Source: a virus. Taken from it: DNA of 64,000 nucleotides. Location: IMG/VR virus record IMGVR_UViG_3300032246_000761, positions 5,099-69,098 of that record. The stretch is one strand, 5' to 3'. Of this stretch, positions 27,870 to 36,979 are shown piece after piece. The position numbers were made by a program, and so were the translations under genes. The notes beneath the pieces were generated by a model. It did not search any database. It was not told the origin of the DNA and worked only from the letters and a program-made list of their open reading frames with translations. Every line of letters starts with the position of its first letter. The first letter of the stretch is position 1.

Positions 27870-27963
27870 AAGCCAGACACCATAGTTCTAGGCCTAATTT
27901 GTATAATAAAAAAACAACAACAGGACCTAATAATAAACTCAAATACAGATATTTTTCTTCCAT
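27853..27963 (-). CDS. Small TM peptide upstream of the TonB receptor (36 aa, not in ORF track)
   Basis: MEEKYLYLSLLLGPVVVFLLYKLGLELWCLAYAVIH*; follows the promoter and overlaps the receptor start. Confidence 0.5.
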   Translation of the reverse strand: MEEKYLYLSLLLGPVVVFLLYKLGLELWCLAYAVIH

Positions 27964-27973
27964 ATGTTTATTT

Positions 27974-28054
27974 ATTGTATCACAAATTGTTCAAATTGTC
28001 AACTTATTTACATCAATAAATAGTGTTGACATTAAGTATATTTTAATGTATAAA
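27974..28054. promoter_or_regulatory. Divergent sigma70 promoters
   Basis: Minus strand TTGACA (28002-27997)-N17-TACAAT; plus strand TTGACA (28026-28031)-N17-TATAAA. Confidence 0.7.
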
Positions 28055-28061
28055 AAGAGAA

Positions 28062-29048
28062 ATGTTATTACAATTAATCAAACCTTTTATAAAAGATTCT
28101 AAAGTAGAAGAAAGTAACACAATGTTACTTATTAGAAATAAGGACAGAGCGTCTTTACAAGAAAATATAGAAAAATTTTTTAAAAGTAAAAAAATTAAAT
28201 ATACTCAATTAAAAAAACCAACAGAACTATCTATACAAGGTTCAAAACAAAAATTAGTATTTAAACCAATGAAAGCAAAAGGTGTTGGAGGATTAAAATT
28301 TGAAGCACAGTTAGTAAGTGATTTTAATGAATGGTTTGATGGAGCTGATGAAGATGAGTTAAAACACGGCGATACTATAAAAGAAGTTATTAAATTGATG
28401 AAGTTTAAACAAACTAAAAAAAATAAATGTACAGGTATAGGAAAAGCAAATACAAAAAGGCCTCCTTTATTTTCAGGTTCTTCTAAAGTTACGGTACAAA
28501 ATAATCAAAAAGGAAATGTTGGTGATATACAATTTAATATAGATGGTAAAATTATTTTTGCATCTTTAAAATTTTCAAATTCTTTTTATATATACAATGC
28601 TACGGTAATAGATTATTTTAAATCTAATAATGAAAAAACAAGAAAAGATATAAATGAATTTTTTGGTTTTAATGGAGCTGATGTTGCTGAAGGATTTGGA
28701 AAAGAATATTATGTTAGTACTGTAAAAAATCCAAATTATGGTTCTATCAAAACAAGATTGGAAGATCTAATAAAACAAGCTTTAGGTCCTGATATTCTTT
28801 TAATTACAAAAATTAATCAAAATAAAAATTATGTAAATTATATTGAAGGATTTAATCATAAGATAACTATTACAAGTTTAAGTAAAAATTCTTATTCGTA
28901 TGCTCAAAAAAATGTTAGAAAATATATGGTAATTCAAACTAAAGGAAGTATAAATGGACACGAATATAATGTCGATTTTCAATTTAGAGGAACAACATCA
29001 ACTGATACTGGACCCAGATATTTAAGAATATTATTAAAACCTAAATAA
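28062..29048 (+). CDS. Putative PD-(D/E)XK-fold endonuclease
   Basis: GLKFE...GDIQF...ASLK resembles the E...D-x(n)-S-x-K restriction-like active site; basic protein. Confidence 0.45.
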   Translation: MLLQLIKPFIKDSKVEESNTMLLIRNKDRASLQENIEKFFKSKKIKYTQLKKPTELSIQGSKQKLVFKPMKAKGVGGLKFEAQLVSDFNEWFDGADEDELKHGDTIKEVIKLMKFKQTKKNKCTGIGKANTKRPPLFSGSSKVTVQNNQKGNVGDIQFNIDGKIIFASLKFSNSFYIYNATVIDYFKSNNEKTRKDINEFFGFNGADVAEGFGKEYYVSTVKNPNYGSIKTRLEDLIKQALGPDILLITKINQNKNYVNYIEGFNHKITITSLSKNSYSYAQKNVRKYMVIQTKGSINGHEYNVDFQFRGTTSTDTGPRYLRILLKPK

Positions 29049-29059
29049 TATTAGATTAA

Positions 29060-29212
29060 CTAATTATCTTTAGTAGATAGATCATCTACTTCTTTACACC
29101 AATCATTAATTTCTTCTTTTAACATTACGTTAGAAAATCCTTTGTATTTAACAAGGTAACATTTACCCCAAACTCCAACGTAATTGATATCTATAATTTC
29201 TGGTTTATCCAT
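29060..29212 (-). CDS. Small hypothetical protein (50 aa, not in ORF track)
   Basis: MDKPEIIDINYVGVWGKCYLVKYKGFSNVMLKEEINDWCKEVDDLSTKDN*. Confidence 0.5.
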   Translation of the reverse strand: MDKPEIIDINYVGVWGKCYLVKYKGFSNVMLKEEINDWCKEVDDLSTKDN

Positions 29213-29432
29213 TAAAATAATATATAATAAGACCTATTGTAGTAACAACGGCAAATATAAGATTAGTAACAATTAAAGACATTTCTTTCCACATAATACT
29301 TACTATTAACCATACAATAGCACCTAGTCCTAATATCATTGGACCGGCAGGATAATAACCAAGTGAATTGACTAAACTACCAACAATTAATATACCGGTA
29401 GCAACCCATTTTAAAATTTGATCTGTTTTCAT
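29205..29432 (-). CDS. Small three-TM membrane protein
   Basis: LKWVATGILI start and three hydrophobic helices. Confidence 0.65.
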   Translation of the reverse strand: MKTDQILKWVATGILIVGSLVNSLGYYPAGPMILGLGAIVWLIVSIMWKEMSLIVTNLIFAVVTTIGLIIYYFNG

Positions 29433-29434
29433 AA

Positions 29435-29725
29435 TTATCTTTCGTAAATAGCAAACGTATCGGCATAAGTTCTATGAACGTAGTCTCTAGGCCTACGGTA
29501 ATATCTATAACCATTAGGAAGATATTTACTAGAACCTCTATAACGTATTCTTAAAGGTTGAACCATTTTAGAATAAGAATAAAATATGCCTAAAAATTGT
29601 ATAGGTATTCCTTTAGCAACGGAACGTTCATAATCTGATGAACGATATTGTTTGATAAGGCCTTCAGCCGACAATAATACATCTTTAAACTTTTGTGTAT
29701 TCATAATTTTATCAGCGTATTTCAT
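29435..29725 (-). CDS. Hypothetical early protein (likely start 29725)
   Basis: ORF in the early operon, coupled to the upstream small ORF by TAATG. Confidence 0.6.
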   Translation of the reverse strand: MKYADKIMNTQKFKDVLLSAEGLIKQYRSSDYERSVAKGIPIQFLGIFYSYSKMVQPLRIRYRGSSKYLPNGYRYYRRPRDYVHRTYADTFAIYER

Positions 29726-29859
29726 TAAATACAACCTATAATACAGTTAGCAGTACCATAAGCAACCATATATTTTGCTCCAATGTAAAATAAAGCGTAA
29801 CTTCCTAGTACAATAGCAGCAACAAGTAACAATGATTTAACATCTTCTTTAGTAAACAT
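29725..29859 (-). CDS. Small TM protein (44 aa, not in ORF track)
   Basis: MFTKEDVKSLLLVAAIVLGSYALFYIGAKYMVAYGTANCIIGCI*. Confidence 0.5.
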   Translation of the reverse strand: MFTKEDVKSLLLVAAIVLGSYALFYIGAKYMVAYGTANCIIGCI

Positions 29860-29891
29860 TTATTTTATTTTTTTGTTGTTAATATACATAT

Positions 29892-29994
29892 AATATACAC
29901 TGTATTTTTACTTAAAACAAGCGAAAAAGGCATTTTTTTAAAGAAATAAGGCAACAAAATCAGTAACTTAAATCAATGTTGTAAAAATACAACA
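29892..29994 (-). promoter_or_regulatory. Early promoter with IHF-like site and palindrome
   Basis: TTGTTT-N17-TATATT on the minus strand (29920-29892); AATCAG-TAAC-TTA at 29958-29970; TGTTGTA-N4-TACAACA at 29977-29994. Confidence 0.55.
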
Positions 29995-30103
29995 ACAAAA
30001 ATCAGTATAAATAGTAAATATATGATTGATTTTGACAAAATTGATGATTTATCGTTTATGATTGATGATATTGATTCGAAAAAACTAAAAAAGGCAAAAA
30101 ATT

Positions 30104-30253
30104 ATGGCAAGAAAAGTAGCAGGAAACACAAACGCATCAAAAAAAGTAAGTAAACCAAAAAGAACAAGCATTGGCCGTGGATTCCACAGTAAATGTATGA
30201 TGAACAAACATAAAAGAAGAAGTTTTAAGAAGTATAGAGGCCAAGGAAGATAA
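30104..30253 (+). CDS. Small basic late protein ending KYRGQGR (49 aa, not in ORF track)
   Basis: MARKVAGNTNASKKVSKPKRTSIGRGFHSKCMMNKHKRRSFKKYRGQGR*; downstream of late promoter 30006-30013 and upstream of gp25. Confidence 0.7.
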   Translation: MARKVAGNTNASKKVSKPKRTSIGRGFHSKCMMNKHKRRSFKKYRGQGR

Positions 30254-30298
30254 TCTTTACAATTATTGTAGTGTTTAGTAAATCTTTTAAAAAAAACA

Positions 30299-30306
30299 TA
30301 TAAATA
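30299..30306 (+). promoter_or_regulatory. T4-type late promoter
   Basis: TATAAATA just upstream of gp25. Confidence 0.75.
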
Positions 30307-30315
30307 TTAACACTT

Positions 30316-30750
30316 ATGCCAAATTACGATGCCTCAGGTACTATAGCGTTAAACAATAGCAAAAGAGCTACAGTAAAATATAAAGATTTAGATTTGGATT
30401 TTGGTCGTAATACTGTAACAGGTGATGTAAATAAATTAACGGATGTTGAAGCTGTTAAAAGAAGTGTTAGAAATTTAATCAATACATCACACTTTGAAAG
30501 GCCTTTTCATCCTGAAATAGGTTCTAGTGTTAGAGCAATGTTATTTGAGTTGATGACACCGCTTACAGCATTAAATATTCAAAGAAAAGTACAAGAAGTT
30601 TTAGTTAATTATGAACCAAGAATTAAATTGGTACAAATAGCTGCTAAACCAAATTATGATAGTAATGCTTATGATTTAAGTATCTACTTTTATATCATGG
30701 GGTCCAATGAATTGGTGAATGTAGAAACATTTTTAGAAAGATTAAGATAA
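30316..30750 (+). CDS. gp25: Baseplate wedge protein gp25
   Basis: YKDLDLDF, AVKRSVRNLI, ERPFHPEIGS and YEPRI motifs. Confidence 0.95.
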   Translation: MPNYDASGTIALNNSKRATVKYKDLDLDFGRNTVTGDVNKLTDVEAVKRSVRNLINTSHFERPFHPEIGSSVRAMLFELMTPLTALNIQRKVQEVLVNYEPRIKLVQIAAKPNYDSNAYDLSIYFYIMGSNELVNVETFLERLR

Positions 30751-30751
30751 T

Positions 30752-32632
30752 ATGGCAAGTAATAAATTAGAAGTATCAGATTTTGATTTTGATAATATAA
30801 AGTCCAATTTAAAAACATTTTTACAAAGTCAACCAGAATTTTCCGATTACAATTTTGAAGGTTCAGGTTTTGCGGTTCTTTTAGATATCTTAGCTTACAA
30901 TACACACTATCTTGGTTTCAATGCTAACATGTTAGCAAATGAAATGTATTTGGACAGTGCCGATATTAGAAAAAATATTGTATCTATAGCTAAAATGTTG
31001 GGTTACACTCCATCTTCAGTTCGTTCTCCTACTGCTAGCATATCTGTTCAAATAAATGATGCTACAGGTTCTACTTTAACATTACCAATGGGAACGGTTT
31101 TTTCAACATTAATTTCTGGAACATCATATCAATTTTTAACTTTACAAGATTATACAATTACACCCACAAATGGTGTTTATCTTTTTTCTAACGTAGATAT
31201 TTACGAAGGAACTTTGGTTACTTTTAGATATGTGGTTGATTCTACAGATCCAGATCAAAAATTTATTATACCAAGTTCTAATGCCGATATTTCAACACTA
31301 TCAGTAGCGGTTCAAAATAGTTCAACAGATACAACTACTAATATTTTCAATTTATTGGATATTGTTGTTGAGAATGATACCGTTCATCCTCAAGTATCTG
31401 GAGGTTCAAACGTTTTTTTAATACAAGAAGGCGATGAAGGAAAATTTGAAGTTTATTTTGGCGATGGTACCATAGGTAGAAAATTAGATGACGGAAATAT
31501 AGTTATACTTAAATATGTTGTAACTAATAATATTGGAGCTAATGGTGCTTCTATTTTTAATTTAACTAATAGTATTGAAGGATTTTCAGATTTTACTGTA
31601 ATAACAAATTCTGCGGCTCAAGGCGGGTCTTTAGCTGAATCTAAAGAGTCTATAAGATTCAATGCTCCATTATTTTACAACGCTCAAAACAGAGCAGTTA
31701 CTACATCAGATTATGAAGTTTTGACTAGAGATATTTACCCTAATGCTTTAGCAGTAAGAGCCTGGGGCGGAGAAGAAGATGAAAATCCTGTTTATGGTAC
31801 TGTTAAGATTGCCATTAAAGCAGCAAGCGGTTCAACATTAACTACAAAAACTAAAGCCGATATTGTTAAAGGTTTAAAACCTTACAATGTTGCTTCTGTA
31901 AGACCTATAATTGTTGATCCTGAAATAACTTATATATTATTAACAAGTAATGTTAAATTTGATTCTCGTTTAACTTCTAAATCTTCTGATACATTACAAT
32001 CCGATATTATTAGTTTGATATCAAATTATAATGATACAACATTACAAAGATTTGATGGTATTTTCAGATATTCGAAAATTGTAAATTTAATTGATAGTAC
32101 GGATAAGAGTATTTTAGGCAATATTACAAAGTTAAAAATTAAAAAAACATTTAAACCTACAATAAACACATCTGCAAAATATAATATATATTTTAGAAAT
32201 TCTTTATTTAATCCTGTTACAGGTTATAATTCGGTTAATGGGGGTATATTGGAATCATCAGGTTTTAAAATAAACGGAGATACAACTAATGTTTATTACT
32301 TAGATGATGATGGTAATGGAAATATTAGAAGATATAGAATATCAGGTACAGGTTTAAGATCGTATGTTAATAATACTCAAGGTAAAATATATTATTCAAC
32401 AGGTGAAATTATATTAAATTCTTTAAACATAACAAACATACAAGATATTCGTGGAGAAGCATCTGAAGTAATAGAAATCATTGTTAAACCAAAATCTAAT
32501 GATATTATTCCTGTGAGAGATCAAATTATAGAAATAGATATTGCTAATTCAAATATAACAGCTGAAATAGATAATTTTGTAAACGGTACGTCAAACTCTG
32601 AAACAGGTTATAATACAACTTCTAGCTATTAA
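30752..32632 (+). CDS. gp6: Baseplate wedge protein gp6
   Basis: DFDNIKSNLKTFL...FSDYNFEGSG...LAYNTHY, YFGDG and AQNRAVTTSDY motifs. Confidence 0.95.
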   Translation: MASNKLEVSDFDFDNIKSNLKTFLQSQPEFSDYNFEGSGFAVLLDILAYNTHYLGFNANMLANEMYLDSADIRKNIVSIAKMLGYTPSSVRSPTASISVQINDATGSTLTLPMGTVFSTLISGTSYQFLTLQDYTITPTNGVYLFSNVDIYEGTLVTFRYVVDSTDPDQKFIIPSSNADISTLSVAVQNSSTDTTTNIFNLLDIVVENDTVHPQVSGGSNVFLIQEGDEGKFEVYFGDGTIGRKLDDGNIVILKYVVTNNIGANGASIFNLTNSIEGFSDFTVITNSAAQGGSLAESKESIRFNAPLFYNAQNRAVTTSDYEVLTRDIYPNALAVRAWGGEEDENPVYGTVKIAIKAASGSTLTTKTKADIVKGLKPYNVASVRPIIVDPEITYILLTSNVKFDSRLTSKSSDTLQSDIISLISNYNDTTLQRFDGIFRYSKIVNLIDSTDKSILGNITKLKIKKTFKPTINTSAKYNIYFRNSLFNPVTGYNSVNGGILESSGFKINGDTTNVYYLDDDGNGNIRRYRISGTGLRSYVNNTQGKIYYSTGEIILNSLNITNIQDIRGEASEVIEIIVKPKSNDIIPVRDQIIEIDIANSNITAEIDNFVNGTSNSETGYNTTSSY

Positions 32633-32635
32633 CAT

Positions 32636-35455
32636 ATGGCTAATTTTAAAAATAAGATATCAAATCTTGTAAATTCTCAGGTTCCTGAATTTGTATTACA
32701 AGATCATCCTAAATTTGTTGAATTTTTAAAAACATATTACATCTTTATGGAATCTGCCTTGTTAGAAGTAACAAGTGTTGAAACAACAGATGGAATACAA
32801 TTAGAATCTCAAACAGGTCAAACTAATCTTTTATTATTAAATGGTACAGGAATATCTTCCGATATTACTATATCAAATGATGGAGATAAAATAATTTTAG
32901 AAAGTTCTGCTTTTGGTAAATTTACTAGAGGAGAAATAGTAGTAGGACAAACTTCAAAAGCAACTTCTACTATACTTGCTGAAGATTTAAATAATAATAG
33001 ATTATTTATCACATCACAAGATAAATTTATTACTGGCGAAACAATACTTGGTCAATCATCAAACGCTAGTGCTGTTGTTAACAATTACAAACCAAATCCA
33101 GTATCTTCTATACAAGATTTATTAAATTTTAGAGATCCTGATAAAGTCATAGATAATTTCTTTTCTCATTTTAAATATGAATTTTTATCAACCATTCCTG
33201 ATGAATTACATTCAACAATAGACAAAAGAAGTTTAGTTAAAAACATTAAATATTTTTACGGATTAAAAGGCACTAAAGAAGGACACAATTTATTATTTAG
33301 AGCATTGTTTAATGAAAAAGCAGAAACGATTTATCCAAGAGAACAACTTTTAAGAGTATCCGATGGTAAATGGAATACAAATAAAATATTAAAAACAATA
33401 AATTCTTTAAGCGATAATGTAGATACACATGATTTAATAGGAAGAACAATTACTGGTTCTGTTTCAGGCGCAACAGCTATAGTAGAAAATGTATTTGTTT
33501 CTATTGTTAATGATATTTCTATTTCGGAATTTGTTTTAAATGTTGAAAGTATTTCGGGTACTTTTTTAGTAGATGAAGAAATTTACGGAACAAAAACTGA
33601 TGAAGATGATATTTTATTAATGTCAACCGTAACTGGTATACCAACTTCCTTCGTTATTACGGATGGAGGTTCTTTATATAATAGTCAACAATCTGTAAAA
33701 ATTTCAGGCGGAGGCACTGATTGTATAATACAAACAAAAACGATTAGTTCCGGAAAGATTTCAAATGTAATAATAGATAATCCTGGTTTAGGTTATTCAA
33801 TTGGAGATGAATTAGTATTTGATAATACAAATACAAATGGAGGCGGAGCCGCAGGATTTGTTAAAATTGTGAATGGAGGATTATTAACTGAAGATGAAGA
33901 TCGTATAGTATTAGAAGATTATACAACAACAGGAGATCCTTATACAGGAAATGTTATCGTGCAAGAAATAGGAACAGGTGTTTCTGAAATTACAGATGTG
34001 TATCTTTATAATAGTGGTTCAAATTATACAAGTTTACCTACTGTAACTGTCAAGAGTAATACTGGAACAAATTCTATTTTAAAACTTTGGAGCGACAGTA
34101 TTGGAAAAATAATTGATTTAAAAATTGTAGAACCAGGTATTGAATATCAAAATTTACCATCACCAACTCTTACATTTTATGAAAATTTAATTTTAGTACA
34201 AACATCAGGATCATTTTTAAAAGATGAAATTGTTAAAACTAGTCAAAATGCAAAAGCTAAAGTAGTTGATTGGGATAATACTAGAGGGTTGATCATTATA
34301 AAAGACGTTGTTCCAAAAATATTTAGTTCTACGTGGGATTATGAAACTAATTATCGAATTGGAGATGAAGTAGACATTCCAGATGATTATGATTCAATAA
34401 CTGGACCTTTCTCTGGAATTTTTCAAGATTTTTATAATAATCCAGCAACTGATTATCCTCATATTTACAGATATATTGCTACTGCTGATAGTATAGGAAA
34501 AGATCCTCGCACAACAAGTGGATATTGGGAAGTTCAGGAACCACTATATAGAATTTATATTATTTTTTACTCCGAATATGATTTTCAATATGTTGGTACT
34601 GATATTCGAGGGGTAACATCTGGGGCAACTGGAACTATTGGCGACAGTAGTGTGTTTGTTCCTGGAATAGGATATCCTGTAGGTATATCTAAAGCAACGG
34701 CAGATGTTGTAGTTGGTTCAGTTTTGGATATGGATGGATCGTACATAAATCAAGACGGATTATTAGATGAACAAACAATGAAAATTCAAGATAGTTTATA
34801 CTATCAAGATTTTTCTTATGTTATAAAAGTTGGCAGATCAATAAAAGAATGGAGAGAAGATTTTAAAAGAACTGTGCATACAGCTGGATTTTATTTTACA
34901 GGTCAGGTTGATATTTCTTCAAAATTGAATGTCAAAGTTAAAACTCCTATTATAGGCCAAATATCGGAAGTTGTAAAAGATCCTATTTTCTTAATATTGA
35001 ATACATTGTTCACAACAGTATTTGGAAGAAGATTGGGAACCGTAGATGATGGTACTACTTTAAGAACTAATCCATCATTAGGTTCAGGAGAAGATTTTGA
35101 TACATCAACTTTGTCTCCTTTTTCTAATACAACTAGAGATGTTACTTTATATAGACAAGGTTTAAAAATTGATTATCTATCAAGAAAAAGAGAGAATGTT
35201 GGTGATGTTACTATAGTAAAAGGATTTGTTTATGCTGGACCTAGATATGAAACTATCAATAGAGAAATATTTAGAACTTTTGCTAAAACAACGGATACTA
35301 ATTATTCTATTGCAGAATTAAGTAAAAATGTAACTTTTGGTACGAATACTTCTTATGATGGTCAAGATAATACACTATATTTTTGTTCATCTCCTATAAC
35401 CAGAGGTATAAAAACAAAATTAACTATGCCAGCTGAAATAACAATTACATCATAA
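32636..35455 (+). CDS. gp7: Baseplate wedge initiator gp7-like
   Basis: QVPEFVLQDHPKFVEFLKTYY, KGTKEG...LFRALF and IQDSLYYQDFSYVIK...HTAG motifs; between gp6 and gp8. Confidence 0.8.
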   Translation: MANFKNKISNLVNSQVPEFVLQDHPKFVEFLKTYYIFMESALLEVTSVETTDGIQLESQTGQTNLLLLNGTGISSDITISNDGDKIILESSAFGKFTRGEIVVGQTSKATSTILAEDLNNNRLFITSQDKFITGETILGQSSNASAVVNNYKPNPVSSIQDLLNFRDPDKVIDNFFSHFKYEFLSTIPDELHSTIDKRSLVKNIKYFYGLKGTKEGHNLLFRALFNEKAETIYPREQLLRVSDGKWNTNKILKTINSLSDNVDTHDLIGRTITGSVSGATAIVENVFVSIVNDISISEFVLNVESISGTFLVDEEIYGTKTDEDDILLMSTVTGIPTSFVITDGGSLYNSQQSVKISGGGTDCIIQTKTISSGKISNVIIDNPGLGYSIGDELVFDNTNTNGGGAAGFVKIVNGGLLTEDEDRIVLEDYTTTGDPYTGNVIVQEIGTGVSEITDVYLYNSGSNYTSLPTVTVKSNTGTNSILKLWSDSIGKIIDLKIVEPGIEYQNLPSPTLTFYENLILVQTSGSFLKDEIVKTSQNAKAKVVDWDNTRGLIIIKDVVPKIFSSTWDYETNYRIGDEVDIPDDYDSITGPFSGIFQDFYNNPATDYPHIYRYIATADSIGKDPRTTSGYWEVQEPLYRIYIIFYSEYDFQYVGTDIRGVTSGATGTIGDSSVFVPGIGYPVGISKATADVVVGSVLDMDGSYINQDGLLDEQTMKIQDSLYYQDFSYVIKVGRSIKEWREDFKRTVHTAGFYFTGQVDISSKLNVKVKTPIIGQISEVVKDPIFLILNTLFTTVFGRRLGTVDDGTTLRTNPSLGSGEDFDTSTLSPFSNTTRDVTLYRQGLKIDYLSRKRENVGDVTIVKGFVYAGPRYETINREIFRTFAKTTDTNYSIAELSKNVTFGTNTSYDGQDNTLYFCSSPITRGIKTKLTMPAEITITS

Positions 35456-35459
35456 TGAG

Positions 35460-35480
35460 TATAAATATCTTGTATAAATA
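35460..35480 (+). promoter_or_regulatory. Tandem late promoters
   Basis: TATAAATA at 35460-35467 and 35473-35480. Confidence 0.75.
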
Positions 35481-35501
35481 TAACTAAAGAAACTAGAAAT
35501 T

Positions 35502-36971
35502 ATGCCAGCAATTATAACAAATAAGTTTAGAATACACAATAGTGAACAATTTGCGGAATCTTTTTCAGAAGCTTCACCAACAGTTTATTATCTAGGAATT
35601 GGTAGACCTCAACCATTTGACACATCTACAAGAGGAGATTTGAGAACAGAAAACGAAGGAACAGATACAACAGCTATAACTCCTTCAGACAGTGTTTATG
35701 AAGAATTTAATACTTTTCAAGATTTACTTGCTGTTAAAAAAATAGTGAGTTCTGGTGTTTCTTATTGTATACCAAGAAGAAATTGGATTACAGGAACGGT
35801 TTATGATTATTATAGACATGATTATGGAAATTACATTCCTAATTCAACAACTTCAAGAACAGCTAATAGTGGAGCAACAACTTTATTTGATTCAAAATTT
35901 TATATTTTAAATTCAGAAAACAACGTTTACAAATGTTTAGATAATAATAATAATTCAGCATCAACTTCAGAACCAACAGGAACATCAACTTCAATAATTC
36001 AAACAGGAGATAATTACAAGTGGAAATATATGTACACATTATCTTCAACACAATTATTGAATTTTTTATCAACAGATTTTATGGCTGTTTCTACAAATTC
36101 AACAGTTTCATCAGTAGCTGTTGATGGAACAATTAATATTATAAAAATTGTAGATGGAGGTTCTTCAGGAACAAACGGAACATATACAGGAATTCCTATC
36201 AGAGGTAATGGTACTGGAGGAACAGTTACAGTAGGTGTTTCAGGTAATGCTGTTTCTTCTATAACAATAACAAATGTTGGATCAGGTTACACTTATGCTT
36301 ATATAAAAAATTCTGATATAGTTTCCGCAGGTTCAACAGGATTAACTGGATCTAAATTAGATTGTATTATTGGACCTAAAGGCGGCCATGGTTTTGATGC
36401 TGTAAAAGAATTGGGTGGATTCTTTGTAATGTTAAATGTAAGTTTAGAAGGAAAAGAAACATCAAACACAGGAGATTTTACTTCTGTAAATGATTTTAGA
36501 AGAATAGTATTAATAAGAGATCCTAAATCTAATGGATCTGCCGCATCTTCAACAACTTTAAGAGCAACTAAAGCTGTTCATTTTGCCGCATCTCCTACTC
36601 CAGGAACATTTTTAGTAGATGAAACTATCACTCAAACTACAACAGGGGCTACAGGAAAAGTTGTTGAATGGGACGCTACAAATAGAATATTATATTATAT
36701 ACAAACAAGATTTAATAATGCTGGTGTAGATAGTAATGGTAATCTAACAGCATTTAGTGGAGTAAACGTTATTACTGGTTCCACTTCAAGCGCTACAGGA
36801 ACTCCAAGTTCTGTTGCAAGCGAAACCGTAAATCAAGTTACGTTTACAAATGGATATGTTATTTCGGAAATTGACGCAAATAGTGGTGATGTATTATATA
36901 TTGAAAATAGAGCACCAATAAACAGAGCTGCGGATCAAACTGAGAATATTAAATTAGTAATTGAGTTTTAG
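35502..36971 (+). CDS. gp8: Baseplate wedge protein gp8
   Basis: MPAIITNKFR, VYKCLDN, YKWKYMY, PKGGHG and ENRAPINRAADQTENIKLVIEF motifs. Confidence 0.9.
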   Translation: MPAIITNKFRIHNSEQFAESFSEASPTVYYLGIGRPQPFDTSTRGDLRTENEGTDTTAITPSDSVYEEFNTFQDLLAVKKIVSSGVSYCIPRRNWITGTVYDYYRHDYGNYIPNSTTSRTANSGATTLFDSKFYILNSENNVYKCLDNNNNSASTSEPTGTSTSIIQTGDNYKWKYMYTLSSTQLLNFLSTDFMAVSTNSTVSSVAVDGTINIIKIVDGGSSGTNGTYTGIPIRGNGTGGTVTVGVSGNAVSSITITNVGSGYTYAYIKNSDIVSAGSTGLTGSKLDCIIGPKGGHGFDAVKELGGFFVMLNVSLEGKETSNTGDFTSVNDFRRIVLIRDPKSNGSAASSTTLRATKAVHFAASPTPGTFLVDETITQTTTGATGKVVEWDATNRILYYIQTRFNNAGVDSNGNLTAFSGVNVITGSTSSATGTPSSVASETVNQVTFTNGYVISEIDANSGDVLYIENRAPINRAADQTENIKLVIEF

Positions 36972-36979
36972 GTAGAAAT

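Noticed and set aside
27870-28060. Cobalamin riboswitch upstream of the BtuB-like gene
   Set aside because: The space is filled by a small ORF and divergent promoters; no B12-box or GC-rich stems are visible.
27899-28102. 67-aa plus-strand ORF
   Set aside because: It spans the divergent promoter region and overlaps two more plausible genes.
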